Positions 1 through 12,937 of a stretch of 53,272 nt of DNA are shown here, one piece after another. The stretch spans positions 1 to 53,272 of the forward strand of contig NW_021835068.1 in the NCBI RefSeq assembly GCF_006345805.1, read 5' to 3'. How positions within the stretch are numbered: the first letter of the stretch is position 1; every line of letters starts with the position of its first letter. The notes below the pieces were generated by a model that worked only from the letters and a program-made list of their open reading frames with translations, was not told where the DNA came from and made no database searches. The translations under genes were made by a program, and so were the position numbers. This DNA is from Octopus sinensis. Its lineage: Eukaryota.

Positions 1-60
1 ACCTTTGTCTGTCCTTGTTTGTTCCTCTATGTTTAGCCCCTTGTGGGCAATAAAGAAAAA
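1..60 (+). mobile_element. 3' terminus of a Tx1/L1-like LINE (related family), followed by (TA)n
   Basis: TGTTTAGCCCCTTGTGGGCAATAAAGAAA resembles the 3' end of the Tx1 copies in this window (TGTGCAGCCCTGTGTGGCTAATAAAGAAA). Confidence 0.45.
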
Positions 61-67
61 TATATAT

Positions 68-210
68 ATTGCAGCGTGGAAGGTGTTTATAAGCCATTTA
101 GAAACACACAAAAGCCGTTCGATTCACTCCAACATTTAAGTTTACTTTGTCAAAATATTTTAGCTTTTGTGTGTTTTCTTAATGGCTTATACCACCTTCC
201 ACGCTGCAAT
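68..210. repeat. ~48 bp inverted repeat (arms 68-115 and 163-210)
   Basis: ATTGCAGCGTGGAAGGTG...ACACACAAAAGC versus GCTTTTGTGTGT...CACCTTCCACGCTGCAAT, few mismatches. Confidence 0.85.
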
Positions 211-1036
211 TGTTTTCGTTTCAGCACACGATCTCAGATCAAATTACTTGCTGATGCGAGTACATCTCCGATATATATATATATATAATATATAATTATA
301 TTATATATATATATATGTGTGTGTGGTGTGCGTGTGTGCATATGTATGCATATGTGTATATATATATCTACATAATACTTTGTACAGTAAATGAACGAAA
401 TCCTTGCGGTGACTCGCTCCATATTTGTGCAAATCATATCAATTTTTTAGGGATAGATATACTTAATAGCTTGAGTTACTCTTCTGCTTGCACCGGATAA
501 TACGGCAAAATTGGCTAACAGTATTTACGATATATAACGAGAAAACGCGGTCATCGTGAAGAGCTAGTAAATTGTGTAGTTTGGAAAAAGAACATGGTTA
601 CGTCCTTCGGACTGTCCAGAATTATGTTTGTTATTTAATATGTTTGTATTAAAAACTATTATTTGTTCTGGGAGGTTGATATGTATAGTCTTGTTTTGAT
701 TACCGATGAAGTTTCATATTGGAATTGTTTCCGTATCTGAGTATTCCACCTCTAATGAAGAGTAGAATTGTAAGAAGCATAATAGAAACAGGTTTGAACT
801 TGATTAGGTTTTTTTTTCTTATCTTTTAAAGGACATTAATAGACTTTTACGTAAAGTTCTTAGTTAAGGTGATAACCAGGGATGCATGTAAAATCATATT
901 TTTCGGCATACAACCAGTATGGGTAAAAATTTTGAACCTGTATATCTGATATCTCGGAGAACCTTTATGATAGTGCTGATATATGCAATCTTGTCGGTTC
1001 TCTACCACTAGACTTACCCAAGTCATAATTTTTCGG

Positions 1037-1078
1037 TCTGTCTGTCTGTCTCTGTCTGTCTCTGTCTCTGTCTCTGTC

Positions 1079-1149
<71 letters not shown>
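1037..1149. repeat. Compound (TCTG)n/(TC)n/(TA)n microsatellite
   Basis: Directly visible. Confidence 0.95.
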
Positions 1150-1153
<4 letters not shown>

Positions 1154-1818
1154 AGTCTATTTTGTCCCTGTCTTATCTCATGGTGCGATATGAACATTTA
1201 ACGTGGTTTTTAGGGTCAGGGATTTGACTGCTATTTCGTCGGCATGGTGGTGTCTCTCAGACACCCTTATTTTAGTTATATATTATATATATATATAATA
1301 TATATATATATTATTATATTATATATATATATATATATATAAATGTATATATATACATATACGAACACACACATGAACATACGCAGACGCACATAGATAA
1401 CATAGATATACAACGCTGCACTGCATTCATAGACAGAAATACAATGCAGTGGTGTTCATAACATGGAAATAATCGAAAACAGAAAATAAAGACATAGCAG
1501 GAAAAAAAAAGGAACAAAATATAAATAAAAACAAAAAGGAAATGTAAAAATATCAAAACATTTTCAGAGTGCATAAGACATTGTGGAATGAATAAATAAA
1601 TGGAAAACGTTGAAAGATGACTGATCGATAATTGGGTGAGAAAAAATATAATATTGAACACTTTTCTACATTTTTCAATGCTTTTAATCTTTACTATATC
1701 TCCCGCTCGTTTTTTTTCACCATATACATACGTACATATATGCATAGATATATGTATATACACATATATATGGTTACATGTATATACATTTGTGTATATA
1801 TATGTGTACATACATAAA

Positions 1819-1855
<37 letters not shown>

Positions 1856-2544
1856 TATATATATATATATATATATATCATATATATATATATATATACA
1901 AATAAAAATATAGATACACGTATACACATTCGCTTCCTGGTTCTTTTTAACTGGCAGAAGTTTTCTGAACAATCTCTATTTGCTTTTCTTTCTCTTTCTC
2001 CTTCTCTCCTTCTTTCCCTCTCTCTTTCTCTCTCCTTCATTCTCTCTATTGTTATACTTGCTTAAATCTAGACAACAGTCACGGTAGGGTACAACTTTCA
2101 AGTAAGCAGGACATATGTAGTCTAAAACTTGTTTTATACACTGTCATTATCGTAAATAAATGGTCGATCCGTTAGTTTTCGGAAAATAAAACAATTGTTT
2201 TTGGACCATTGTTAAGATAGATACAGACACAGTTTTTGATACACAATTAAAAACTTTTCCTTTCACGAAGGAGCTGGTTTCTAACAAAGATATGTAGCCC
2301 TATCGTTGGATTGCAGATAACGAAAACAATGTCACATTTTAAACCAAAGAAAAGTCTTGCATAGTTTTACAGTCCCGCTTTGCTTACAGATTGTATTTGC
2401 AATGTGCGAGTCAGTTCCTGAAAATCCCTGCTTATCCAGTTTCATAGTTAGACATGCACTTACAAAATGAAATGCACCAATTATTATTGCTTTCAAAGTC
2501 AGATGTGATGTAACAGTCTGAGAGAGACTGAGAGAGACTTCGCT

Positions 2545-2733
2545 TCATGTCAATGTTGCTTTCTTCTTCAAGTTTTCATGAAACATAACTGTGCATGGTC
2601 TTTTTTTTTTTGAGACCAAGTTTTCTTTGAGGTATGCTAGCTCGGTTGATTTGGGGCTGTATGGAAGGTCATTAAAAAAGAGATTGCTTCCTGAGGACCT
2701 CACTTCCGACATGTAGGCTATTGCTTTCTTCAA
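2545..2733 (-). mobile_element. Possible highly decayed Tc1/mariner transposase C-terminal fragment
   Basis: NDLPYSPKSTELAY weakly resembles the PxSPDLNPxD/E motif; no other support. Confidence 0.2.
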
Positions 2734-2838
2734 TCGTATGTATAATGTATGTATTTATTATATATAAAAGTATTTATTTATGTTATATATGTATATATTT
2801 ATGTATGTATGTAGTATGTATGTATGTATGTATGTATG

Positions 2839-2869
<31 letters not shown>

Positions 2870-2929
2870 TCGTGTATATACGTATATATGTATCCGTGTA
2901 TTATATGTCTGTCTGTGTGTGTACGATCT

Positions 2930-4068
2930 AGAGGGTGACAAAAGTCCAAATTAAAAATGTACCACCTGAAGTCGAAATATAATGGTTAGTTTCTGCCATC
3001 TGCTTTGAAATGGGAGAGTCAAACATTCTTGAAATCGTTATTCTAGAACAGAAAACTGGGTGGGAAAATCAATCCAATTCCTCCTTCAATTGGAGGAAAC
3101 AAGAGAAAAGATACCCACCACTATAGAACTGCCAGAAAGCTACAAACTCTATGTAGTGGTAGAGGGCAGGCGACCACGTTGCTATTTGTGCGGAGGCGAA
3201 ACACTTTTGAAAAAGAAGTGTCCAACCACGGCACAACAAGAGCAACAACAACAACCACTACCACAACCAAAACACACCGAGAAAAAAGCACTACTACCCA
3301 CACCACCATCAACACAGAAGGCGACAAGAGAAGCACACCAAGCGAATCAATCACCAATCAAAAATAATGCAACACCTGAAAAAACACCTGAGAAAATACC
3401 AACACCACCAACAACAGCAAGAACCAAAGGAACAGAAAAACAAAAAATATACAAAAACTGATTCCCCATCCCCTATACCGCATTCAACACACACAAACAC
3501 TCAACAACCAACAGCAACGAAAACAACAACACAACCACTTGCACAGACATACATAGAAGCCTACAACATGCCCCTACCCACTTCTCATTCCTCAGAAAAT
3601 TCGTCGGAAGACGAAACCAGCAAGGAATGGCAAATAGCTAGAAAAGGAAGGAAAATAAAGAGCAGAAACACAACCAAATCCAATGCAAACACAAACAAAG
3701 CAGGGGGAAATACATCTCCCGAAGACATTTCGAAACCCAACAAAAACAACAGCCACACCAACACCACAAAAATATATACAGCAAACATGCTCACAGCTAT
3801 AGACACCAAAAACACAAATTTGATGGAATACATCAAATCTAAAACAAACATAACAGAAGATGACATAAAAACAAACAACCACCCATACACAACACCACCG
3901 AATCACATCAAAATATTACACATCTCCAGAAGTCTGCACCACACAGTAAAAGGCATTTTCCCCAGTGCGGTTGGTAAATGCCAAAAATACCTCACAAAGA
4001 AACTTTACTGGGATCTCCTGGAGGACAAACCAAAGGAGGAGAAAGCAAAACTTTCGAGCAGTAAGTAA
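2930..4068 (+). pseudogene. Tx1-type ORF1 (gag-like) remnant with degenerate zinc knuckle
   Basis: VTKVQIKNVPPEV, then RRPRCYLCGGETLLKKKC (Cx2Cx4Hx4C spacing with H->L), long P/T/K/Q-rich linker; frameshifted across ORFs 3060-3461 and 3367-4068. Confidence 0.7.
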
Positions 4069-4108
4069 CACTCTGTTTCTTTCGCTTGTATTCTAATTCA
4101 CTAGGATT

Positions 4109-6398
4109 ATGGTCAAGATTGGTTGTGACTTATGTAAGACACATAGGCAGGGTCCCGGATACTGGAAACTAAACGCGTCTTTCCCATCGAGACAGGTTTT
4201 CAGAGACCGGATTAGCACACTTGTAAAGAGGGCTTTGACAGGAGCCATCGTCAACAACAAATGGTGGTTTGCCCCCAAAAGAGAAGTAAAAGCAGAAGCG
4301 ATTAGGTACAGTGAAGCACTAGCCATAGATAGAAATAGAGTATAGGGTGAGCTAGTTAAGAAGCTAGAAGAGGCAATTAGAAGCGGCATCGCATGCGACG
4401 TTTTGGCGGCGAGGTTGGCCCTCGACCAACACTTCAACGCCAAACACGAAGGGTGTGTTGTCAGAGCTAGGATGCGTGCTCTAAGGAAGGAAGGTGTTGG
4501 AGCTGTTAGAGGGGCCCGGGTGGCAGAGGCGCAACAGGGCAACAAAGCCACTATTCGGTCTCTGGTAGATGAACAGGGGCGCGAATTGCTCGAACCAAGT
4601 AAAATGTGTGAGGCCTTTCAACAGCATTTTACCCGACCGTTCGGGACGAGTGGCGGGCAAAAACGTAGGATAAACTTCAGTGCCTACCTACACAGCCTAC
4701 CACGACTCTCGACAAGAGAGGCAGGGCTCTGCGAAGGTGCCATCACGGCGGCGGAAGTGCAGGACGCGATGGCAGAATGCTCGAGGGACAAATCACCGGG
4801 TTTGGATGTAATTGATAACTTTAGGTCCATCACTCTGCTTAATGCAGACTTCAAAATTTTGGCCAAGGTGTTAGCCAAGAGGTTGGCGCTTGTCATCGAG
4901 AAACTGGTCGACAAGGCGCAAACGTGCGCCGTGCCGGGCCGGACCATCCATGACAAGCTCCACCTGATGCGCTACATCAGAGACAGGGTAGTTAAGGAAC
5001 CTGGCATGGGTGGGGCGCTGATCAATTTGGATCAATCGAAAGCTTTCGATAAGGTAGATCATCGATAATTGGAGGCTGTCCTCAGAGCGGCTGGTTTCGG
5101 TCCAGTCTTCCGCGGCTGAACAGCCGCTTTGTACAGAGGCATCCGTTCGGTAATTCGCGTAAATGGACATCTATCGAGACTCTTCGACATCGCACGTTCG
5201 GTCCGTCAGGGATGCCCCCTCTCGTCGCTTCTCTACGTATTGACTCTCGAGCCATTATTGCGGAAGCTGGCAACTCTGAGGGGCATCCCGCGAGAATTGG
5301 GATGCGGGACGAGCGTGTCTGCATACGCTGACGACGTCACCGTCATAGTGTCTAGCCACGAGCAAATCGAGCAGGTCGGCGAGACACTGAAAAACTACGA
5401 AGCGGTGACAGGAGCGAAAATCAACCGGAAAAAATCAGTGGGCTTGCGACTAGGCACCTGGAGAAACAAGCCATGTCGTCCACAAGCGCCTCCGTCGTGG
5501 GCCGCTGGACCGACGGTCCGGTCGAGTTGCTCGGGGTTTGGTTTGGTCCGGACCTCCAACTGGAACGAGATAACGCGTAGGGTGTTCACTCTCACCAGGC
5601 TAGGAGAAGAAACTGTCCCTAAAAGGTCGGGCGGAGGTGGCGAACTCGTACATCGCGTCCATCATCTACTACCGCCAGACCGTCGTGCCTTGTCCCGACC
5701 CTACCATCACCAAACTAGAACGCATTCTCTTTCGCTTCTTGTGGAAAGGCTGCGTCCCGATGGTCAGGCGATCCATTTGCTGTCAACACCCGTTAAAAGG
5801 AGGACTGGGCATGCCGTGGTTGATGATGTGCAGACACGCGCTGAGACTGCGACATCTCAGGTTCTACGTAGACGACGGTGAACAGGTGTGATCGCCGTTT
5901 GTGAGGCACGCTTTCGCGCAACTCATCTCCATAGCCGAACTGCAGTCATAGATCATGGCTCGAGAAACATGGAGCCGACCTACTCGAGTTGTGGTCAGAG
6001 CGACGAAACCGTTCTGCACGCACTCATGCAGTGTCCAACAATCTCCGACCTGAGGGCTTATGTCGAACAACTGCTGTCACGTGTGGGACGAGTCGGTTTA
6101 TCAGTCGAGTCTATCGTCAATATTGTCACGCCTCCTTCTTTCAAACGGGAAGGAAGAGCTATTTTCATCATCCTTATGGCTATGGCGAAATAATGTATCT
6201 GGTGAATGCTTCTGAAAGGATTGAAGACAAACACTTTTTCTCCGATCAATCTCTCATTAACTTCTTCAAGTATCATTTGAAAAGGAAAATGAGAGTAGAG
6301 AGGAAAGTTTTGTCTAGCGAATGTTTAAAAAAAGATGAGTGAATGTAGCAAGGATGGCACATATGAATGACAAAGCTACCTTGAGTATAATCCTATGA
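4109..6398 (+). pseudogene. Tx1-type ORF2 reverse transcriptase remnant (APE endonuclease mostly missing)
   Basis: GPGYWKLN, KSPGLD, NFRSITLLNADFKILAKVLAKRL, LDQSKAFD, SVRQGCPLS, AYADDV, KGGLG, C-terminal CGQSDETVLHALMQC; stops, frameshifts, two internal deletions versus copy 2. Confidence 0.92.
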
Positions 6399-6720
6399 AC
6401 CCAGAAATTGAAAACAGAGGGTTACCCACTTGCAAACAAATGTGGTAACATATAACAATATTGACCGAGTTTACCGTGGTCTTTTCTTTCCACGGATAAA
6501 CCTTATCTGCTTCCCCCTTTACACCTTACATCATGATACTGTGATACACGATCCCTATTGATCGTTCTTTCTCTTTTTTCTTTTCTTTTTATTTTCTTCT
6601 TTCCCTTTTACGATCCCTTTTGATCGAAAACCTACCTCACTTTTTTTCCCCCAAAAAGAAAAGCTCTAGTTTGTAATCTGTCCCGTCTGTGTGCACCCCT
6701 GTGTAGCTAATAAATAAACA

Positions 6721-6874
<154 letters not shown>

Positions 6875-7713
6875 AACTGACCTAGCTACTGTACTAAATA
6901 CAAAATGGCAGTTAAAGAACATGTCTATAAATTTACTTGTAGCTGCTGTAATTTGGGTAAAACCCAGCCATTGTTATAAAGAAGTAGCTCAGAGGATGGA
7001 TATAAGTACATCCGTAAATATAGCAATAATAGTGTTTGTAATGTTAAGTATTGAACTAAAAAACATGGCAGTTAAAGAAAGTGTCTTTCAACCTGCTTAT
7101 ATCTGGTGTAAATTTATAAATTTGTAGAAATGAATATCGCAATAGCGGGAAATTTAGATATTGTTAGCGCGATATTACGTTGTTAGTGTTGAACAAGTTT
7201 ATATACCAAGATGTGCCCAATTGTCTTTGACGTAAGAAACATATTCTTGATGCATTTCTCAAACCATGAAGAACATCAGTGCTATCTAGGATTTTCCTTA
7301 TGATGAAATATAATAACCTAGCCAAAAGTGTAGCCCCAGGTTAAGTACAATCAGGTAGATGTGTCTTCAAAGGAATTTAAGCAGTTACAAATGTACCTTT
7401 TTAGTTTTATGCAGGAATATAGCCCACGATTCTATTTAAATCGGTGGAATGTAATTGAAGAAAGCTCTGCGGTTATTATTAGATGGTCATGCGATCATAC
7501 ATAGGTGAGTTTAGAGAAGTATCGATTAAATCGAATTCAAAACTTGATTTCATGAATCTAATAGTGGCTTCAAAAATAAGCTCACTTTTTTCCGAATCAG
7601 GAGTAAAAGGCAGATATGACATCGGTGAGGTTTCAATTCTGAATTTAAACCACATTGTATTTTTGTACAACCGATTCTGTCGTCCATCCGCGCCAGAAAT
7701 TCCGCCACCATTA

Positions 7714-7734
7714 CTGCTGCTGCTGCTGCTGCTA

Positions 7735-7806
<72 letters not shown>

Positions 7807-7865
7807 CGTGACTCGTATCTATATTCTCCATATCTATATTCTCCATATTCTCCATATCTATATCT
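7714..7865. repeat. (CTG)n/(TAC)n trinucleotide repeat followed by short ATCTATATTCTCCAT-type tandem units
   Basis: Directly visible. Confidence 0.9.
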
Positions 7866-7869
7866 CCAG

Positions 7870-8340
7870 CTTCTTGGGAAAGTATTTAACCTACATTCAC
7901 ATGCTTTCTCGTCTCATCATTGTGCTTAAATATTTGGCACACGGTCATCTGTCCTGTCATATCAGAAAATGCTTTTTCTACCTCAAGAACAAACGGAAAC
8001 CTCACCCCAAACAGAAATAGGTCACGTTTTTTATCACCGTTTTTGGATCATTATCTCGAACGAAGAGGTAATGTCTTTTGCAACACAGTCTGATTATATT
8101 CCTTCACGAGTATCAACTTTACCTTCGCCGTTTGTGATCGCGCTTATACCAATCCTATATAAGAGGCACCTGAACTATGACAGAGAACAAATGATATTTA
8201 CTTACAAATCCTTAATTCGTTAACTTGCGTTGTTGAGCAACACCATGTAACTCCACTTCAACTCAACCGCTTGATGCATTCACTAACGCCTTATTTTCCT
8301 TTATTATACCCTGATACTATTTTGTGTGATGCTGTGATAT
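7870..8340 (+). mobile_element. Highly decayed CR1/L2/Jockey-group LINE fragment (post-RT region)
   Basis: LYKRHLNYDREQMIFTYKSLIR resembles the LxxLYKSLIRPxLEY motif; otherwise degenerate. Confidence 0.35.
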
Positions 8341-8469
8341 ATCTCTAGCTTATCCCATATCATTTACTAATATTTTATTTATCAATTATTTAAATGATTA
8401 GTTAAATATTTATTTAATTAGACAATATCCTATTCAATTACCTATTTTTCAATTATGTATTTAATATTT

Positions 8470-8690
8470 TACTCTTTTACTTGTTTCAGTCATTTGACTG
8501 CGGCCATGCTGGGGCACCGCCTTGAAGGATTTTAGTCGAACAAATCGACCCTAGGAATTATTTATTTTTTAAAGCCAAGTACTTATTCTGTTGGACTCTG
8601 TTGCCGAAGCGCTAAGTTGCGGGAACATATGCACACCAACACCGGTTGTCAAGCAGTAGTGAGGGACACAGACATAGACACACACACAAA

Positions 8691-8695
<5 letters not shown>
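8470..8695 (-). mobile_element. Major tRNA-derived SINE (family A), 3' half
   Basis: Matches the 3' half of the full copy at 26437-26852 (CAGTCATTTGACTGCGGCCATGCTGG...GGTTGTCAAGC). Confidence 0.9.
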
Positions 8696-8735
<40 letters not shown>

Positions 8736-9104
8736 CCTCTACAGGTGCACAGTGGGCCACGCTTCAGATGCTAAATCGATCGCAGATTTGAAATCAGAGT
8801 AGCCTTCTCCTTGTCTAGTTGCTCAAAATCTACAGGCCCCAGACTGTCCTATGAATAAGTAGATGCTGATAGTGCACATCAGCTATGGGGACTGTCAGCA
8901 ACCCCCCAAACTGGTTCTATATCAGAGTTTTCCTTCTCCTAGATGGGTTGTCCTCACCATGGCTAAGGAACTGCCCCATACATATATATATATATATATA
9001 TAAATAGATATAAAAAGTAAAAGTAGATGAGATTTAAGAATATATACGACATATAAAAGCAATATATACGTATGTAAACACATGTTTGTTGGATGACCGT
9101 TGAC

Positions 9105-10060
9105 TACTCATGAGTTCCTCTACCCTTCGACGGCTTTTGTTTTTTGTTCTCTTCTCACCAAGCAAGGCTAGTGCAAACAGTTCGAGACTTGCTCTTCGCA
9201 GACGATTGTGCACTTGTAGCATACACTCTTGAGGACATGCAATGGATTCTAAACAACACGCGTGCATTGAAGACTTTTGATCTGACTATCAACATCAAGA
9301 AAACTGAGCTTGTCCATCAGCCCATCCGTGACTATCTCGCGCTATTGCCCCCTACTGTATATGTTGATGGGAAAACATTAAAAACTCTTTCCTCCTTCAC
9401 TTACCTTGGTTCCATTGTGTCTAATGATGCTTTCGGTAAGCTTTAACACAGGCTTTGGATAAATGGGTGGTCTTGACAACATTGCTTTATGGTGCTGAAT
9501 TTTGAAGTCTGTACCCAAAGAATATCAACCAGCTTGACGCTTTTTATATGCGATGCTTGCATAAAACTGTGTGGCTACATTCATAACAGCGGGGTAATAA
9601 AAAATGAAACATATCAGGTTTTGAAGCCATTATCATAAAAATACAGCTTAGGTGCCAGATCTTCTCTCTCGTATGAGTTATATCAAAATTGAAAGGCCAC
9701 TCAGGCGCTTCAAAGACAAACTAAAAGACATTCCGAAAGCGATGCAATATTCTCTTTTCTTCCTGACGAAACAAAGCAACAAAACGCAGGACCTGGCACA
9801 AGTCCTCCTGTTCCTCAGTTCAAAGATTTGAGCAAGGTCAACTCCAACATAGGGACCATCTTCGTGCAGTCATGAAGGAAAGCTGGCAAAATGCTGGTCC
9901 TCTGAATGAAAATCTTACCCGTCATTGTGGTATTGTAGCATGAAGCAAAGCAGGTCTTGTCCACTCAAGAAAACACATAGTGAATAATCTAAAAGCAAAA
10001 AGCAAACTGAGCTCTTAACTCATTCCATTTGTCAAAAGGTTTGCAAGGCACCAGTATACC
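9105..10060 (+). mobile_element. 5'-truncated, decayed RTE/BovB-type LINE
   Basis: VRDLLFADDCALVA, LTINIKKTE, SFTYLGS; downstream KRPLRRFKDKLK-like segment. Confidence 0.85.
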
Positions 10061-10192
10061 TCAAGAGACACATTCTTGTCCATAGCACATGTTTAACGCT
10101 TTATTTTACTGAACCCTCATTTGTCATTCACAAGAGAATCCTTCACGTATGTGTGGTGTGTGTATTATGTATAATGTACAACACACACACAT

Positions 10193-10251
<59 letters not shown>

Positions 10252-10254
<3 letters not shown>

Positions 10255-10399
10255 GCTAGATTTCGTTCAACCAAATCCACTCATAAGGCTTTGGTCGGCT
10301 CGAGGCTATAGTAGAAGACACTGGTCCAAGGTGCTACGCAGTGAGACTGACCAGAGACCACGTGGTTAGGAAGTTATCTTCCTACCACACGGACACGCC
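10252..10399 (-). mobile_element. SINE family A, 5' half (probable partner of 8470-8695)
   Basis: CCAAATCCACTCATAAGGCTTTGGTCGG...CTACCACAC matches reverse complement of SINE head/core. Confidence 0.85.
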
Positions 10400-12357
10400 A
10401 TCTATTATTTTTATGTTATTTCTATCATTGCTTCTCTTATTAGTTATTATTAACTATTTAATTACTATTAATGCAACAACCAGTCTTAAAATTTTCCTAA
10501 TGACAAGTTCTAAGGTATTTTTTATGAGTAACTCCCATAGATAATGGTGTCTAATCATGCACTATTTAATCATTTCAGGCACCATTATTAATATATTTTA
10601 TTGTTATTTAACTGATATTATCTCACACAAATTTATGTTTTATATTTATTAATTCAATTTTATTGATCATTTACCTTTTTCACTACTTGGTCCGGCCTCT
10701 AAAACTTTTTCTCTTGCACTGACGCTCAATGAGGTTTTTCCTGAACCACGCAATATTCCATGCGTTTATAACGTAAGACCTTCTTTGGGAAATGAAATGT
10801 TTGAGTTTCTACCATATTAAATTTTTATCATCTGAAGAAACGTTCACACGATCATCCGAATAATATATACATGAATACACACAATCACACAGACGCACGC
10901 ATGGACACACATGCGCGTACACACACACACACACACAGACACACACACTCAAACACACACACACACACACACAAACATGCAAATATCCACAGATTTATAT
11001 AAGTAAATGCATATCTATTTTGAAATATGAAAAGCTATAAATGGACGCCCCCCAATTCAGTTTCAGATCCACATGCCAGTCGTAAATTTCAGCTGTGGTG
11101 CTTACAACGATCTTTACAGGTAGATAGTTAGCAGTAAGTCCTCAATCTTGGTCCCTTGCCCTCCTTCCCTCCTAACGTGTCTCAAAGGCTTTTGTAAATA
11201 TCAAGGACGCTGTATCTTTCCATTTTAAATTAAGCCATTAAACTAAGTAAGATTAAAACCCAGTAGAAACAGAGCAGGTAGCACAAAATCACACCAAAAC
11301 AGGATTAATCAAATGATATCAACATGGAAGTTTTTAGCTTTCATTCCAGAGTATTTTCCCCCTTGCCAAAACAAACATCCAAGTATATATGAATTTATAA
11401 TCGACTTCTTCGAGTATTAGTGCACAGGACTTGCACTTTTCCTCACACTAATACTCAGGTGGAGTCAGGTGGAGGGAAACTATAGTGATATTTGGCAAAC
11501 GGAAACTATATGTGTGTGCATTTGTGTGTGTGTGTGTGTGTGTGTGTGCATAATATATACACACATATGTATGTATATATAAATATACATGTATGTATAC
11601 ATGCGCCTACACACACATATTCACACATAAAGTCATAAATGACAGAAATAGTTTAATGAAATTATTAACAACAAAAAATTCTAGTATTACGACAAATTGC
11701 TTCGTAACTTAAAAACTTGTAAATAATTTATATAATTATATACAATGATAAATGAATTACTTACATTAAGCTTTTTATGAGTATTACAGAATTACTCGAA
11801 TCCGACTTATATATATACACATATATATGCATGTATACATGCACATATACAAATTTTATATATATGTGTGTGTGTGTGTATGTGGGTGTGTGAGAGAGAG
11901 ACAGACTCTTAGACTAATTTCGACCTATGATCGTTCTCTTGTTCAGTCAACTGGGTCAATCCTCTCACTGTGAGCTACGGGATTGAGTATTCTCAAGGAA
12001 TATGTACAGTTAATGTAATTCACAGACAGTTTCAGCATAATACAACGTGCGATAAGGCGGGACCTTCGAATTTCAGGTACAATGTACAAACCATGTGGCG
12101 GTCTTCTGCACAGTTTTCTTCCATCTACTTCGACTTACAAAGCTGTGATTGACCACCGGCTATATGACATTGCGTTTTTATTCTCTTCCGTTTTATGAAT
12201 TCATTGTGCACATGCGCATTGTATGTCGATACTTCTCTTCCCGCTTTCTACTCAAAACAGTTTACAGATCACAACCGTCGCACGAACACGCAGACGTGAG
12301 AAGCTCTTCGCGCTCAGATGGTTGTGAAGGATTTGCTTTTATCTGAGTTTGTACATA

Positions 12358-12521
12358 GGTGCAGGAGTGGCTATATGGTAAGTAGCTTGCTTACCAACCA
12401 CAGGGTTAGGTCCGACTGCGTGGAACTTTGTCCAAGTGTCTTTCACTATAGCCTCGGGCCGACCAAAGCCTTGTGAATGGATTTGGCAAACGGAAACTGA
12501 AAGAAGCCTGTCGCACATATT

Positions 12522-12552
<31 letters not shown>

Positions 12553-12745
12553 TTGTGTGTTTGTGTTTGTCCCCCCACCCATCGCCTGACAACCGATGTT
12601 GATGTGTCTACGTTCCTGTAACTTAGTGGTTCGGTAAAATGGATCAATAAAATAGGTACTAGGCTTACAAAGAATAAGTCCTTGGGTCGGTTTGTTCGAC
12701 TAACGCGGTGATCTGCATGGCTGCAGTCAAATGACTGAAGCAAAT
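12358..12745 (+). mobile_element. SINE family A, full length
   Basis: GGTGCAGGAGTGGCTATATGGTAAG head, central (TA)/(TG) tract, GCAGTCAAATGACTGAA tail. Confidence 0.9.
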
Positions 12746-12937
12746 AAAAAAAACGAGAAAAAATATGTTATAAAAACTTTTGGCATTTAATTTCTCTGTG
12801 GACAAAATACAATGTTTCTCTGTGATGAAGACTAGAAACTAATTATATTGATTCTGCTTGTTCTGTCTACATAGAGGCTAGATAATGCGTAAGGATAACG
12901 TGTGCGCGTGTGTATATAAATATATAATATATTGTAT

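Larger units (their letters stand above)
2925..6720 (+). mobile_element. Tx1/L1-clade non-LTR retrotransposon, copy 1 (5'-truncated ORF1, internally deleted ORF2, 3' UTR)
   Basis: ORF1-like and ORF2 motifs (see below), pyrimidine-rich 3' UTR, AATAAA at 6709, high similarity to copy at 22776-25613. Confidence 0.9.

Noticed and set aside
540-570. Possible Helitron 3' end (CTAG followed by T)
   Set aside because: No convincing subterminal hairpin and no second copy in the window.
745-800. CTAATGAAGAG...GAAACAGGTT hammerhead-like boxes; similar traces near 10830 and 11690
   Set aside because: Stems cannot be formed and the cores are mutated.
4805-4815. Tx1 copy 1 deletion as a spliced-out intron
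   Set aside because: The missing segment (seen in copy 2) does not end in AG; the junction shows microhomology instead.
6895-7710. Non-repetitive stretch with a short direct repeat (ATGGCAGTTAAAGAA at ~6905 and ~7065) and ORFs 7479-7670 and 7483-7929
   Set aside because: No recognisable protein motif; possibly ancient LINE debris but not supportable.
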